Under the pieces are notes generated by a model. The model worked only from the letters and a program-made list of their open reading frames with translations. It had not been told where the DNA came from and made no database searches. A stretch of DNA of 64,000 nt from a virus. The stretch is from the IMG/VR virus record IMGVR_UViG_3300040801_001435. One strand, 5' to 3'. Shown in pieces: positions 18,559-29,909 of the stretch (positions are counted from its first letter, which is position 1; the number at the start of each line of letters is the position of its first letter). A program made the position numbers and the translations under genes.

Positions 18559-19401
18559 TTAACCTTCAAATGGAAGATTGGCAGGAAATCCACCAAACCC
18601 ATTTGAAACATTTTGTTGAAATCCGGCAGCTTGGTTATTAGGCTGCTGATATCCCTGATTATTTGGTTGTTGCTGATATCCGCCCTGTTGTCCAGTAGGC
18701 TGCTGTTGATATCCCTGATTATTTGGCTGCTGTTGCTGATATCCATTGTTATTAGGAGCATCTTGAACAGTTCCGATATCGTTAATAGGAACTTCTTTTT
18801 CTTTTTCAATCCCATACATTGCAATAAACTTGAGAATTTCTCCCAATGCAATTGCATCCATCGGAGTCATATTTGTAGGTATCAATGTTTCATTAAATTT
18901 GAAATTAAGAGATACCTTTCTTTCAGGATTGTTTTGTCCATCTTTTCCCATAAATGTTGATACAAATATTTGTTTGAACATTTTCTGGTTAGACCCATAT
19001 TTTGATTTTGAACTATCGGATATAACCGAAAACTTACCAATTGTTCTTGCCCAGAATGTAGGATCATCTTTTTTTTCTGGGATAGGCCCCATCCATTTAC
19101 CAAGCATTTCTAAATTTGTTCCCAAAGCAAGCAACTTTTCAAGGTCAATTTTAAAGTTTTCAATAATACCATTATTCAATTTTTTACTTGCAAATGTTCT
19201 TCCTCCTTGAGGATTTTGAACACCTTGTTTAAATCCTAAAAATACAAAATGTTTACTTTTGTACCACGGAAGTTCCGGATCATCATCTCTAATAAGTGTT
19301 ATATCTATAAGATTTGATCCACTAAAAGAACGTCTAAAGATTTTTGTCTGATTATTATTCTGATATCCACCATTCTGCTGACCTTGATAATTATTCTGCA
19401 T
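18559..19401 (-). CDS. Gln/Asn-rich protein, possible ssDNA-binding protein
   Basis: Q/N/G/Y-rich N- and C-terminal arms around a folded core; ends ...GFGGFPANLPFEG. Confidence 0.5.
   Translation of the reverse strand: MQNNYQGQQNGGYQNNNQTKIFRRSFSGSNLIDITLIRDDDPELPWYKSKHFVFLGFKQGVQNPQGGRTFASKKLNNGIIENFKIDLEKLLALGTNLEMLGKWMGPIPEKKDDPTFWARTIGKFSVISDSSKSKYGSNQKMFKQIFVSTFMGKDGQNNPERKVSLNFKFNETLIPTNMTPMDAIALGEILKFIAMYGIEKEKEVPINDIGTVQDAPNNNGYQQQQPNNQGYQQQPTGQQGGYQQQPNNQGYQQPNNQAAGFQQNVSNGFGGFPANLPFEG
18633..18755. repeat. intragenic tandem repeats (GYQQQP units)
   Basis: gatatccctgattatttgg exact at 18648-18666 and 18708-18726, plus degenerate units. Confidence 0.85.
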
Positions 19402-19810
19402 TATTACACCCTTTATTTATTTTTATTGTATTCTTAATTTTAGATAATAGTGTTTTTTCTAATTTTTTAAATTCATCTTTAGTTTTATAACATTTATCAA
19501 AGAATTTAGTATTCTTAACATGACGTTCTAAATCAATTAATATGTATATCAATGTACTAATATTATCATAGCCATGTATTGTTAAATTAAAATCTTGTGT
19601 TTCATGAATTTCTGATATTTCAGACGTTCTACAATTGTTCAATAGTTCTATACATTCTTTAATTGACGTTAACAAATCATCTACAAATTCATAATATTCG
19701 TAATCTTCATCATATCTTGATAAATAGTTTTGCAATTCTTGTAATTCAATTATACTTGAAATTCGTAAACATGGTACTTTTATTTCAATAGTATCAAATC
19801 CTACATACAT
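19391..19810 (-). CDS. hypothetical protein
   Basis: 139 aa; paralog-like to the adjacent 19801-20091 (IEIKVPCL vs IELEIPEI). Confidence 0.55.
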   Translation of the reverse strand: MYVGFDTIEIKVPCLRISSIIELQELQNYLSRYDEDYEYYEFVDDLLTSIKECIELLNNCRTSEISEIHETQDFNLTIHGYDNISTLIYILIDLERHVKNTKFFDKCYKTKDEFKKLEKTLLSKIKNTIKINKGCNNAE

Positions 19811-20090
19811 GTATATTCTCCATTCACTATATCCAAATCATTTATTTTTTCACAAATGTCAATTGCTTCTTTCAAATATCCTTTTAGATTATGTATGAAT
19901 TCATCATTATTGTGTAATTCATTAATGTGTTTGTATAAATCTATAAACTCATAATATGATGTTAGTTTAAAACATGGATCATTTTCATCATATTGTATAT
20001 GATATGCTAATTGATTAATATGTTTATAATCTTCTTTTCTGAAAATAATTTCTGGAATTTCAAGTTCAATTACTTTCTTTTTTAAGTACA

Positions 20091-20840
20091 TTATACAGAA
20101 ACTTCCACTAAATGATCTGGTGGCAAACCTTCTAGTATCGTCATAGTTTTTTCTATAGTTTCTCTACCAGATTGTTCTAATCTTTCAAAATTTAATCGGA
20201 TATTTCCTATTGGTGATGTTAGATCTTGAAATTTAGATCGTAGATTGGCAAGCCATATTTGTGTATTTCCTAAACACAAAGGTTTAAATACCATTTGATA
20301 CATATCTGAATATATTGTTTGTAGCTCAGTGTGTACTGTATCATATTCTATAATCGCACTATAAATTTCAAAGTCAAATTCTATTTTATCAGGTAATATT
20401 GGTTTCCATGTATTTCTTGGACTAGCATAAGCGAGTATATCACTATATACTTGATCTGCAAAAAACATTTCAATACCTTGTGGGTCTGATGACGATATTC
20501 GATTTTGTCTTATATTTTCCCTACTATATTTTGTATCATAAAACGGATCAGTATATTTATCTGAGGAATAGTATTCGTTTGGAAATGCGTTTGTTATATC
20601 TATTATTTGTTCATCAACTGGTAACTTATAGATCCATAAACCAGATCCAAATGATCGTTTTTCAACAAGATCATTAGATGAAATATATGTTTGTTTCTTT
20701 AGTGGGACAAATTGTGAAAATAGTGGAAGAACATCATTTTTTAAACCATCCACTATTTCTTCATCCGTAAGTTCAAGTTGATTGAACTTAATACCAATAT
20801 TGCGTTTAATGTAATTTAATATATCATTCCAATTTTGCAT
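20091..20840 (-). CDS. head completion/neck protein, T4 gp13-like
   Basis: N-terminal YIKRNIGIKFNQLELTDEEI and C-terminal SKFQDLTSPIGNIRLNFERLEQSG fit the gp13 pattern. Confidence 0.7.
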   Translation of the reverse strand: MQNWNDILNYIKRNIGIKFNQLELTDEEIVDGLKNDVLPLFSQFVPLKKQTYISSNDLVEKRSFGSGLWIYKLPVDEQIIDITNAFPNEYYSSDKYTDPFYDTKYSRENIRQNRISSSDPQGIEMFFADQVYSDILAYASPRNTWKPILPDKIEFDFEIYSAIIEYDTVHTELQTIYSDMYQMVFKPLCLGNTQIWLANLRSKFQDLTSPIGNIRLNFERLEQSGRETIEKTMTILEGLPPDHLVEVSV

Positions 20841-21246
20841 TTTTACTTATTACTTCCGCTACAAGTTGCTTTGCTCTTTTTTCTGCCATAGAACTAACAA
20901 CTCGTTTTCGACCTGACCGTTTTTTCGGCGGTGGTTTATTTTCAAAGAAATGCCTAAGTTCCAAATTAGAATCTGTTATAAACTCCATTGTTGTTTCATG
21001 ATAATTCTGACTTTTATCAGAATCGTCTTTTTTAATTGGAACTAGATGCAGGTCATATCCTAAATTATCAAAGATTCTAGAAAGTGGTTTGATGCCTAAA
21101 TTTTTTTCATGTTTAACAAAATTATCATATGTTGGTCTAGCTTGAGCTCCCATTGTTACCGAACATATTTCTTGTTCTCCATAACCATCTCCTTCTAGAC
21201 TTCTGAAAAATTCACGTATTAGGCCATTTAGTCCTTCAACTTTCAC
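20824..21246 (-). CDS. possible HTH DNA-binding protein
   Basis: XRE-like tail NLGIKPLSRIFDNLGYDL. Confidence 0.35.
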   Translation of the reverse strand: MKVEGLNGLIREFFRSLEGDGYGEQEICSVTMGAQARPTYDNFVKHEKNLGIKPLSRIFDNLGYDLHLVPIKKDDSDKSQNYHETTMEFITDSNLELRHFFENKPPPKKRSGRKRVVSSMAEKRAKQLVAEVISKNAKLE

Positions 21247-22222
21247 ACATCCCCCTTGCCTCTAATGTTCGTATTAACTCCTGGGATCTTGTTAATTGAC
21301 TATTAAAATCAATTAATTTAAAATTATCTTCTATTAATTGTATATTATTTGTTATCACTTCTGGCATATATGTTGTACTTGATTTTATTTCCCAGGGGGT
21401 TGTTGGAAGCGCACAATTTTGAATGAGTTTAATTGTTTTAACATATCCTAATCCAGATACACCATCAATTTTATCAGCTTTATCGCCAGCGATTGATAAA
21501 ATCATTGGAATGTGTTTACTTGTTAATATGCCAGGTTTAAATTTATCATATAAATATTCAATGGCTGTAGAATCATCATATAATGATATTTCAAATTTTT
21601 TCTTACTACTAAAATATCTATTAATACATTGATATGTGTTTTTAAATTGACAACATTGTAACAAATCTTTATCACTTGATAAAATAATGCATAATGTATT
21701 ATCGTCATCAGTATCAAAGTATTTATTTTTAAGAACATAATATGGTATCATGTCACTTTCATATTCTTTTAAATAAAAAACTTTTGATAGTCCTGGTTTA
21801 TTCATTTTTTCTTCTATAATCGAAAAATAATGATTTTTTATTTCATAAAATACCATTAATTCTTTGTCGTCTGTAATTATATCAGACATTCCTTTTCGAT
21901 TACTTTTATATGAAGTTGATGTAAATTTATTTTGTATATTTTTACCATCGTCATAAAATGTTACAAAATAACGTTGAACATTTTTGAAAGCCCCATATAA
22001 GTAATTAAGAAATTCTGCATATTCTTTAATCATTTTTTCACTTGGTGTATTATTTTCCATATAGTGATTGATTTCAAAGAATATGTTATTTCTATTATAA
22101 AATCCTTTACATATAGATTGTAAATCTATAAAAAATACAAGTTTTTTAATATTTTCTGTAATCAATTCTTTTATTTTGTTTATTGGTACTGCATATTTTA
22201 TATATATTCTTTCGTTATACAT
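21236..22222 (-). CDS. 5'-3' exonuclease / flap endonuclease (T4 RNase H-like)
   Basis: FFID, FYDDG, EYESDM, SSDKDLLQ, AGDKADKIDGVSGLGYVK (H3TH). Confidence 0.88.
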   Translation of the reverse strand: MYNERIYIKYAVPINKIKELITENIKKLVFFIDLQSICKGFYNRNNIFFEINHYMENNTPSEKMIKEYAEFLNYLYGAFKNVQRYFVTFYDDGKNIQNKFTSTSYKSNRKGMSDIITDDKELMVFYEIKNHYFSIIEEKMNKPGLSKVFYLKEYESDMIPYYVLKNKYFDTDDDNTLCIILSSDKDLLQCCQFKNTYQCINRYFSSKKKFEISLYDDSTAIEYLYDKFKPGILTSKHIPMILSIAGDKADKIDGVSGLGYVKTIKLIQNCALPTTPWEIKSSTTYMPEVITNNIQLIEDNFKLIDFNSQLTRSQELIRTLEARGMCES

Positions 22223-22480
22223 TTTTATAATTTCTATAGAAAAATAAAACTTGTTTTACTGTGCTTTCATTACGAAAGCACAATAGTTATATTTAGAAAA
22301 CTATGTGTTTACCATAAACGTTTGCTGATGTAGCAAAAGTCTTTTTTATTTCACAATGATTGCGATACTGTCTTTCAAATTCAGCAACGACTTCGGATGG
22401 TTTATCAGACACTTTGACGTTTTTTAACAATTGACAAATAACATCATCTGAAATATCAGGTCTCTCTATAATATTACTTA

Positions 22481-23347
22481 TCATTTACGAATTATCCTTT
22501 CTTCTGTAATCAATTTTGCCCAAACAGGAACGTTGGTCATTCCAAACTGATGTGCTGTGTTTGGTAAGTTTTTCTTCCAAACATCATTCCAATAAGAAAC
22601 AACACTTGTACAAATATCAGAATATCCACCATTACCGGGAATGGGTATTTCGAAGCATGCTTTATCATGTACCATTCTTTTATAAGCCAGCCGAACTGCT
22701 TTGGTTTTTTCGAAATTATCTTCTGGAGCACAAATAGCAACTGAACATTTGACTGTGCTATCACCTTTTGTCCAAATGAACGATACAATACCAGCATCTT
22801 TTAGTTTGATATGTGCTGCTCTGAAATCAAAATGGTTCAAGAATGCTCTTCCGTATTTACCATCGCCACCAAAATAATGCTTTTCATATTCACGAGTATA
22901 TGGCCCATTAATGCTGATTGCATGAATGTCATCAAATGTGATTGTATCTAAGTCATAGTCGGTCATATCTGGTGATATGAACTGGCATGATATGGTATCA
23001 TCAATAATTTCAATCAATTCGACGATGTAGCATATATCTGCCGATTCGTTAATACATATCAACATTTCAAATTCGAGCAATCTTTTCAAAAGTGCTTCTT
23101 TTGAAGATAGATGTTCACTGTTGAAATTTGTTGATTCTTTGTAATTTTCGTATTTTTTATATGGGATTCCAATAAAATCATTTTCTGTTTTTACAATATG
23201 ATCTTTCTCGATAACCCATAATACCATAGGAACGAAATCATAAAATTCACGAATCACCAAGAACATATCTGATTCTTGAACAACTACACCTTCAACAGTC
23301 GTACCGTCTTTCAAATAAAATTTCTGTAACATAATAAATCCTTTCAA
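22481..23347 (-). CDS. hypothetical protein
   Basis: 288 aa ORF. Confidence 0.65.
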   Translation of the reverse strand: MKGFIMLQKFYLKDGTTVEGVVVQESDMFLVIREFYDFVPMVLWVIEKDHIVKTENDFIGIPYKKYENYKESTNFNSEHLSSKEALLKRLLEFEMLICINESADICYIVELIEIIDDTISCQFISPDMTDYDLDTITFDDIHAISINGPYTREYEKHYFGGDGKYGRAFLNHFDFRAAHIKLKDAGIVSFIWTKGDSTVKCSVAICAPEDNFEKTKAVRLAYKRMVHDKACFEIPIPGNGGYSDICTSVVSYWNDVWKKNLPNTAHQFGMTNVPVWAKLITEERIIRK

Positions 23348-23412
23348 TTATAGAGTATAGTGTTACTTTCACATATTTCTTATTTCTATGTATGAATGTT
23401 AAATATTAAAAA

Positions 23413-24660
23413 CTATGTTTTGAATTGTATAAATGTTGTTCTATTAATAAGTTGAGCAAAATGTTCTTTATCGGCTTTTCTCATAAATATATTAGATATT
23501 GCAATTGGTGTATAATCATATTTTCCAGACTTTTCAATATCATATTTATTTCCAAAAGATGGATAATCAGGTAAACTATTTGTTGTTTCTGTTATTATAA
23601 ATCGTTTAATATGTTCTTTTGCTATTTCCTTATTTGTGTCATATCTTTTTTGTGCATCATCTGGTGAATCTGGAACATAAATTCGACTATATGTCGTTGA
23701 TTGATTAATTGAATTTGATGATATTCCACCGTCCTTTGATACTCCTATTTTTCTACCATCTGTTAGTTGAACATCTTTAACACTACTTTTCTTTTTTGGA
23801 ATTTTTGATTGTGGTACTACTTTATGTGCGTATCGCATATTACTAGTAACAAATACAGGAACATGTCCATCTTTATTATATTTTTTAGAAATATCTGTGA
23901 ATGGAATTTCTTTAACTATTTTTGTCAATCTATCCATATCTGGAAATAAATTAATTTTTTGACTTTTTTGATCTTTTAATTTTAATATATTAATATAATA
24001 ACCTACAATTTCATTTTTTGTTTTCCCATCAAACGAAAAGTTATCAAAATAATAAAATGTGAAATTATTTGTTGGTTTATATATATCTATTAAATAGCTT
24101 GGAATATTTGCGTCATTTGACATTTTAAGTAACATTTGTTCATACTGAAAATTGTTCTTATTTTCAGTAGCACCAAAGTGTTTAAAATCAAATACATCAC
24201 CATAATTTTCAGTAAGCCATCCTTCATAATTTTTGAGAGCCTGATATGCCGTTATGTTATTTTCAATTGTATTATATGTATTTGTTGTTCCCATATAATA
24301 TAAAATAGGATGTACTAATACTAATGTTACATGTATATGGTTCTCATTAAAATTAAGAGGCCCTTGTGGTTCAACGTTAATACATAATAATGTTTGATTA
24401 AATATTGTTTTCCATTCTTTATCATGAAATTGACTTATTTCATCAACTATTCTAATATTTAGTTTTATTTCTGGAAAATCATTTAAAGAAACACGTTCCA
24501 TAAATGATTTTACAGTAATTTGTGGTAAAAAAATTTTAAGTATGGCTATACCAGCCATACTATAAACAGGGGATCTTAAAAAACAGCAAAAATTACAATC
24601 TACTACTTTTTGCTCTTCTATTTTTGCTGTTATTTCATAGTGAAATTGTGCTGAATTCAT
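23413..24660 (-). CDS. hypothetical protein, possibly tail/baseplate hub-like
   Basis: 415 aa, beta-rich N-terminus; no diagnostic motif, so the function is a guess. Confidence 0.3.
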   Translation of the reverse strand: MNSAQFHYEITAKIEEQKVVDCNFCCFLRSPVYSMAGIAILKIFLPQITVKSFMERVSLNDFPEIKLNIRIVDEISQFHDKEWKTIFNQTLLCINVEPQGPLNFNENHIHVTLVLVHPILYYMGTTNTYNTIENNITAYQALKNYEGWLTENYGDVFDFKHFGATENKNNFQYEQMLLKMSNDANIPSYLIDIYKPTNNFTFYYFDNFSFDGKTKNEIVGYYINILKLKDQKSQKINLFPDMDRLTKIVKEIPFTDISKKYNKDGHVPVFVTSNMRYAHKVVPQSKIPKKKSSVKDVQLTDGRKIGVSKDGGISSNSINQSTTYSRIYVPDSPDDAQKRYDTNKEIAKEHIKRFIITETTNSLPDYPSFGNKYDIEKSGKYDYTPIAISNIFMRKADKEHFAQLINRTTFIQFKT

Positions 24661-26528
24661 AATTGATTCATAATTTCCTCAAATTGTTCATATGTTATAA
24701 TTTTTGTTCCATTTTTCTCTGCTTTCATCATTTTGTTTGATTTCTTATTTGGATTATCTGTCACAAGTAACTGTGTTTTTTTTGTAATTGACTTATCTGC
24801 AACATGTCCTTTATTTTCAATATAATTGAAATACCAATCTCTTCCACGATCATAAGGATCTTTCCCAGTAAAACATATATTAATTGATTCTTTGTTAGTA
24901 TCTATTTTTTGCACATTGTCGTCAATTTTAATTATTTTAAGCAACGCATCAATATATGTTTTATTATCATGGAGATAATCAAAAATATCTCTTGCTCGTT
25001 CTATTCCTATATTTGGTATTTCCATTAGCCGTTCTTCAGAAATCCGCCGCAATAAATCAAAACTAACAGATTTAAGAATATCTTTACTAAGAGATCTACC
25101 AACACCATCAATATTGAAACTTGCTAACACTCTCCAATTAGGAACAGGATTATTTTTAACTTTATCAACTTCTAAAATGAAGTTTTTAGAAGAAACATCG
25201 CCAAACTTATCAAGTTTAATTATATCACTGTATGTCAAATTGAATACATCAACTAAATTAGAACACCCCAAGTCAGTAATTAATTTACTAACTGTGCTTG
25301 GGCCAATATTTTCAATTCCTATCTTTTTGATACTGTCTGTTAATCGTTTTTGTAATGTACTTCCACATACATCATTTAAACATCTTAAATTTGGACCATC
25401 CCATGTTAATATGGATTCACATGAGGGACAATGTGTTGGTGGAACTATTTTCTTACTATTCTTTCCTCTTGATATTAAACTGTGATACTGTGGGATTATT
25501 TCACCAGCTTTTTGTAAAATAATTTTATCACCAATTCTAATATCATTATCCATAACAAATTTCCAGTTATGTAAATTGACACGTTTATTAATATTTCCTG
25601 CTATTTCTACAGGTTCAACAATACCAACAGGAGTTATTGCAGATTTTCCTATACTTAATTCAATATCTATTATAGTTGTTTCACCAGTTGGATTTTTAGG
25701 TTTAAGTGCTAATTCTCCTCTTGGATGATGTGACGTATTTCCTAAAGACTCCTTATATTCTTTATCTTTAAGTTTTATTACAATACCATCCATAGGAAAT
25801 CCAAGCGATTTAAATTGATTTTTAGCATATTCTATTGCATCTGACATATTTACTAAATTGGTTTCTATACTGTATGTATTGAAATCTACAAAATGTATAT
25901 ATCCTAAAAACTTAGAATCAACAGTGTCTTTACCTAAAATTCCACCAACTGCACTTCTTGATGTTTTATATTTATCTCCATTTCCTCTAACAAACAATGA
26001 TCTATTGTTTTCAAAAACATCATCTCTAATTAGAATTTCGCCACGAACATCTTTTTGGACATCTGGTAAATGTATTACTATTGGTGTACCTTCGTTATCT
26101 TTTGTAATACACACGATGATACTAATTTTATCACTAAGATCAATTCCAACATCTTCTTTTGCTCTTGCTCTTGTATATAATAGTAATTTTTCATGCTCAA
26201 AATTTGCACTTATACCATCATATTTCGGTTCAATTATAAAAAGTTCACTTTCTGATCTTGCATATTTTTTTGCCCATAATAAAACATTATTAATATCATA
26301 TGCTTTATCAAGAGATATCATTGTTACTGATTTCTTTATTTTCTTCTTTTTGTCACTATTTGGAATTTCTTCTAAATAATTAATAATAAGTTCATTATTT
26401 GGATCAAGTTTTTTAAGTGCTTCTATAAGATTATCATAATCAATGTCAGATATTTCAGGAGTACCATTAATAAATTGTTGATTATGATATTCTATTGTTT
26501 CTTCAAGTAATTTAATTTCTTTTTTCAT
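24657..26528 (-). CDS. ligA: NAD-dependent DNA ligase
   Basis: ISDIDYD, EPKYDG, RGE, DGIVIK, TSHHPRGELALK, Zn finger CPSC...C, HhH repeats, C-terminal BRCT. Confidence 0.95.
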   Translation of the reverse strand: MKKEIKLLEETIEYHNQQFINGTPEISDIDYDNLIEALKKLDPNNELIINYLEEIPNSDKKKKIKKSVTMISLDKAYDINNVLLWAKKYARSESELFIIEPKYDGISANFEHEKLLLYTRARAKEDVGIDLSDKISIIVCITKDNEGTPIVIHLPDVQKDVRGEILIRDDVFENNRSLFVRGNGDKYKTSRSAVGGILGKDTVDSKFLGYIHFVDFNTYSIETNLVNMSDAIEYAKNQFKSLGFPMDGIVIKLKDKEYKESLGNTSHHPRGELALKPKNPTGETTIIDIELSIGKSAITPVGIVEPVEIAGNINKRVNLHNWKFVMDNDIRIGDKIILQKAGEIIPQYHSLISRGKNSKKIVPPTHCPSCESILTWDGPNLRCLNDVCGSTLQKRLTDSIKKIGIENIGPSTVSKLITDLGCSNLVDVFNLTYSDIIKLDKFGDVSSKNFILEVDKVKNNPVPNWRVLASFNIDGVGRSLSKDILKSVSFDLLRRISEERLMEIPNIGIERARDIFDYLHDNKTYIDALLKIIKIDDNVQKIDTNKESINICFTGKDPYDRGRDWYFNYIENKGHVADKSITKKTQLLVTDNPNKKSNKMMKAEKNGTKIITYEQFEEIMNQL

Positions 26529-27661
26529 ATTAGTATCCTCAATTTATTATATTTAGCAACTCCAAGAATAACTCCTAATATACACCATAGAAAAAATATT
26601 ATTGATAATAATGGTATAAACATTTTATTTCTCCGTATCATCTTTAAATTCAATTAATTTTACTGATATATCTTCATTACCAAAATTTTCAGAAATAATT
26701 GATGTTATCCAGTTCTCAACTTCTTTTACACCAGATCCTTTAATATCTTCCCAAAATTCATCACATCCTTCTTTTAATTCAATACTAAATTTATATGTTT
26801 TCATTTATAAATTCCATAAGTTCATCAGTATCGTTAATAAGATATTTATAATCCCCTTCAGATATAATTCCTTTTTGTACAAGAACATCTGTTAGTTTTG
26901 CTACATAGGTTCTCACTTTTTTAAGCTGCTCTTCTTTATCTAAAGCATATAAATAATCAGAAACATGTGTATCAACAGGGTACGTTGATCTTCCTCCCAT
27001 CCAAGACTCTTGTTTAATTTCTATTTGCATAGTTCCCATCCGTATTCTGATAGTTTAGATATACATGCCTCATACATAACATTATATGAAAATTGATCAA
27101 TATCATTTATTGGAATATCCAGTAAATGTGTTGTTGGTATAACATCACAACTTGGATAATCCTTATGTTTCCATTTGTTAGATGTAATTATCTTTTGTAA
27201 CACTTTATCCCAATTTAAATAAAAGTCATTTGGATATTGATCTATATTAACATATGGGTTGTCTTCAAGAATTTCATTAATATCGTTTTCAAATTGAGAA
27301 TCATTAAGATATTGTCTCATTGCTTAGATATTATCTCCGATTTTAAATTTTGTCGTTTTAGCATTTCTTTTACTAATTCAAGTTCTCGTACATCACATTC
27401 AGATTGGGCTTTACCCATTTTCAACTCAGCGTATGTGCAATATGCCGAATAAAAGCACATACCAATAATAAACATTTCTTTTTGATCTGGTGTCATCTGG
27501 TTAATAATATTAATCCGTTCTTCATCAACTTTTGCTATTTTAGGACTATCAAACAATATTGTTCCATTTTCGTCGGTCTCGTATATATCTTTCAACATTC
27601 AAATTGTTCCTTTCATAATAAAATTGTACCTATACACATTGTGTATAGGATTTGTTTATAG

Positions 27662-29305
27662 TTATTCCCAACGAGTGATGATAACACTGCGGGTATTTCC
27701 CTCATTTGTATGGACAGTAAATTGATGACTCCATGTTTTATTTACAGCATCCATCATAATACCACAAGCGGATGCATTATAGTATCCTTCTAATGTCTGT
27801 GATTTACTATATGCTTCGATTGCGGCTCTTATTTCATGAAATTCACCTTTCATAATTGATGGAAATAGTGCATTTCCAACATGTCGATAATTTTTATCTT
27901 TTGCCCCTTTAAGGATAAAGATAACACCTTTAGTTTGATTAGAATAATCACCAAACCACATTGATGGTTTAGTTGTTATTCCAGTTACTTCTACCTTACC
28001 ATATGTTGGTAAATTCCAATCTGACGCATGAGACCCACCCATATATACATACCATGAAAATGGGTTACGCAATTCATTGGTATCCCATTGAATTACAGGA
28101 GGAGCATCCATATTAGATGCTGTAACTATTGCACAATATCCAGCAATCTGTTTAATATGGAATTCAATCTTAGAAGCAAAGGGAAGAACTTCTCTTTCAA
28201 ATTCAACCCATGATATATTACTACTAAAGTTCGGAACAGAGAACCCTAAATCACGTTCAATACGGTATCTTTGTGATTTTTCTTTTGGTGTAATATTGCT
28301 GAAAATTCCAAGATCATTAGACCTCTTTGGTGTCTTTGCATTTCCATCCCATACAAGCACCAATTCGTCAAGTCTTGCAAATCGTCTTGATAATGACCCT
28401 TCAGCACCCAATTTCTGAACAATCTTATTTGCTTGCTCAAGATTTCCAGCAGAAGGAGCCACTTGAGGTCGCATGTACTGTCCTGGTTTCATTTTATCAT
28501 TGAATCTTCTTTTAACAGCAGTAAAGTCATAACCGTCAATAATATCCTGAAGAAGGGAACCAATAACGCTACTTCGGACGTTGCAAAATCCTGTTGGTGC
28601 ATTTGCAACAAATTTCCAGATGATATTGTTTTTATTGGTTGTTTTTGCTCTTTTTATGTCTGTGTGAATGTCTTTAAGCCATTTTGCTCTTGCAAGAGAA
28701 TTATCACTATTAAACAATTTGTCTGTTTCAAGAACTTTAATAGCAACATCAACACAATGTTCTGAAAAATCTTGCAATGCTCTTGACAATGTTTTATAGT
28801 TCTCTTTAAGTTCTGCCATTCGTTGATCTGCATTTTTGATAGGACTTTTATACAGAATATCCGAATGAGGCATTACAGACATGTGTTTCCATTCACCAGT
28901 TTTGGGAGTTCCCCAGACTTTATCAGAAGAAACAAAAACTCCAGTCACTGTTGAATTTTCAACAATAGTTTTCAGTGTTCCTATTGCATTTTTGAAAAAA
29001 GATGGTGCATTATATTTATCCCACATTGCTGATTTAACGTTTCCTTTTTTGTCAATTGTTACAAGTCCACCAAATCTTTCAACAAAATTAGTACATGTGC
29101 GACATGTATAATGCTGTCGCGCATCATATGGAAGTGAGTTAAGAAACAACCCAAATAAATTTGTAACATTTGTTGTAAACAATTTTTCTGAAGATCCAAC
29201 GTTTGACTTGAATGTTACATTAAGATTTCTAAGAAACGTTTCATATCCATCATTGGGTCTTTCTTCAGGTGTGGCAACTCTTGTGAAAACACTGATATTA
29301 CGCAT
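27662..29305 (-). CDS. large hypothetical protein
   Basis: 547 aa, RQHYTCRTC motif, own AGGAG RBS and promoter-like motif. Confidence 0.75.
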   Translation of the reverse strand: MRNISVFTRVATPEERPNDGYETFLRNLNVTFKSNVGSSEKLFTTNVTNLFGLFLNSLPYDARQHYTCRTCTNFVERFGGLVTIDKKGNVKSAMWDKYNAPSFFKNAIGTLKTIVENSTVTGVFVSSDKVWGTPKTGEWKHMSVMPHSDILYKSPIKNADQRMAELKENYKTLSRALQDFSEHCVDVAIKVLETDKLFNSDNSLARAKWLKDIHTDIKRAKTTNKNNIIWKFVANAPTGFCNVRSSVIGSLLQDIIDGYDFTAVKRRFNDKMKPGQYMRPQVAPSAGNLEQANKIVQKLGAEGSLSRRFARLDELVLVWDGNAKTPKRSNDLGIFSNITPKEKSQRYRIERDLGFSVPNFSSNISWVEFEREVLPFASKIEFHIKQIAGYCAIVTASNMDAPPVIQWDTNELRNPFSWYVYMGGSHASDWNLPTYGKVEVTGITTKPSMWFGDYSNQTKGVIFILKGAKDKNYRHVGNALFPSIMKGEFHEIRAAIEAYSKSQTLEGYYNASACGIMMDAVNKTWSHQFTVHTNEGNTRSVIITRWE

Positions 29306-29357
29306 ATTATTCTCCTTTGTTATTAGTAATAAAAATATCGTTATAATGTTCTTATTT

Positions 29358-29909
29358 CTATATCAATTTCATAAATTTTAAAATGGTTGATGTTCTTGGT
29401 TCAGCAATTCCTGTTCCACAACAATATGGGGTTCCGTCAATCATTTTGCGAATATCATATGACCCTAATTCATAACCACTACATTCGATATCATATATTC
29501 CGTCATACTTTATAACATCTGTATCAAGTTCTATTATAGTTTTAAAAAAATCTTGTGCGTCATGTATTATATTGAATAGATCTTCTTTTCTGTCAGATCC
29601 TATTATAATTAGTTCTATTTTTAAAAAAATTCGTAACCTCAAATCATCTAATATTGGTTCATCTCTAAAACATGGTGTTATTCCCATATATTTACCATAT
29701 TGTATTTTCTTTTCTTTCCATAATTGTATAAAACTATTTTCAGCACTTCCAACATATGTTTTATCATTATGGAATATATGTGATCTATCTTTTGGTTTTG
29801 TCATTTCAGCAACATCGGTGTCAACCAACATCGGTACAGTTGTTGGAGTATATTTTTTGTTCTCATAAAATATGATTGCTTCTTTAATTAAATTTAATGA
29901 TACGTTCAA
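29358..29909 (-). CDS. minimal class II aminoacyl-tRNA synthetase-like catalytic core
   Basis: GSAE, motif-2-like TPCFRDE...FLKIEL, motif-3-like GTGIAEPR; only 183 aa. Confidence 0.7.
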   Translation of the reverse strand: MNVSLNLIKEAIIFYENKKYTPTTVPMLVDTDVAEMTKPKDRSHIFHNDKTYVGSAENSFIQLWKEKKIQYGKYMGITPCFRDEPILDDLRLRIFLKIELIIIGSDRKEDLFNIIHDAQDFFKTIIELDTDVIKYDGIYDIECSGYELGSYDIRKMIDGTPYCCGTGIAEPRTSTILKFMKLI

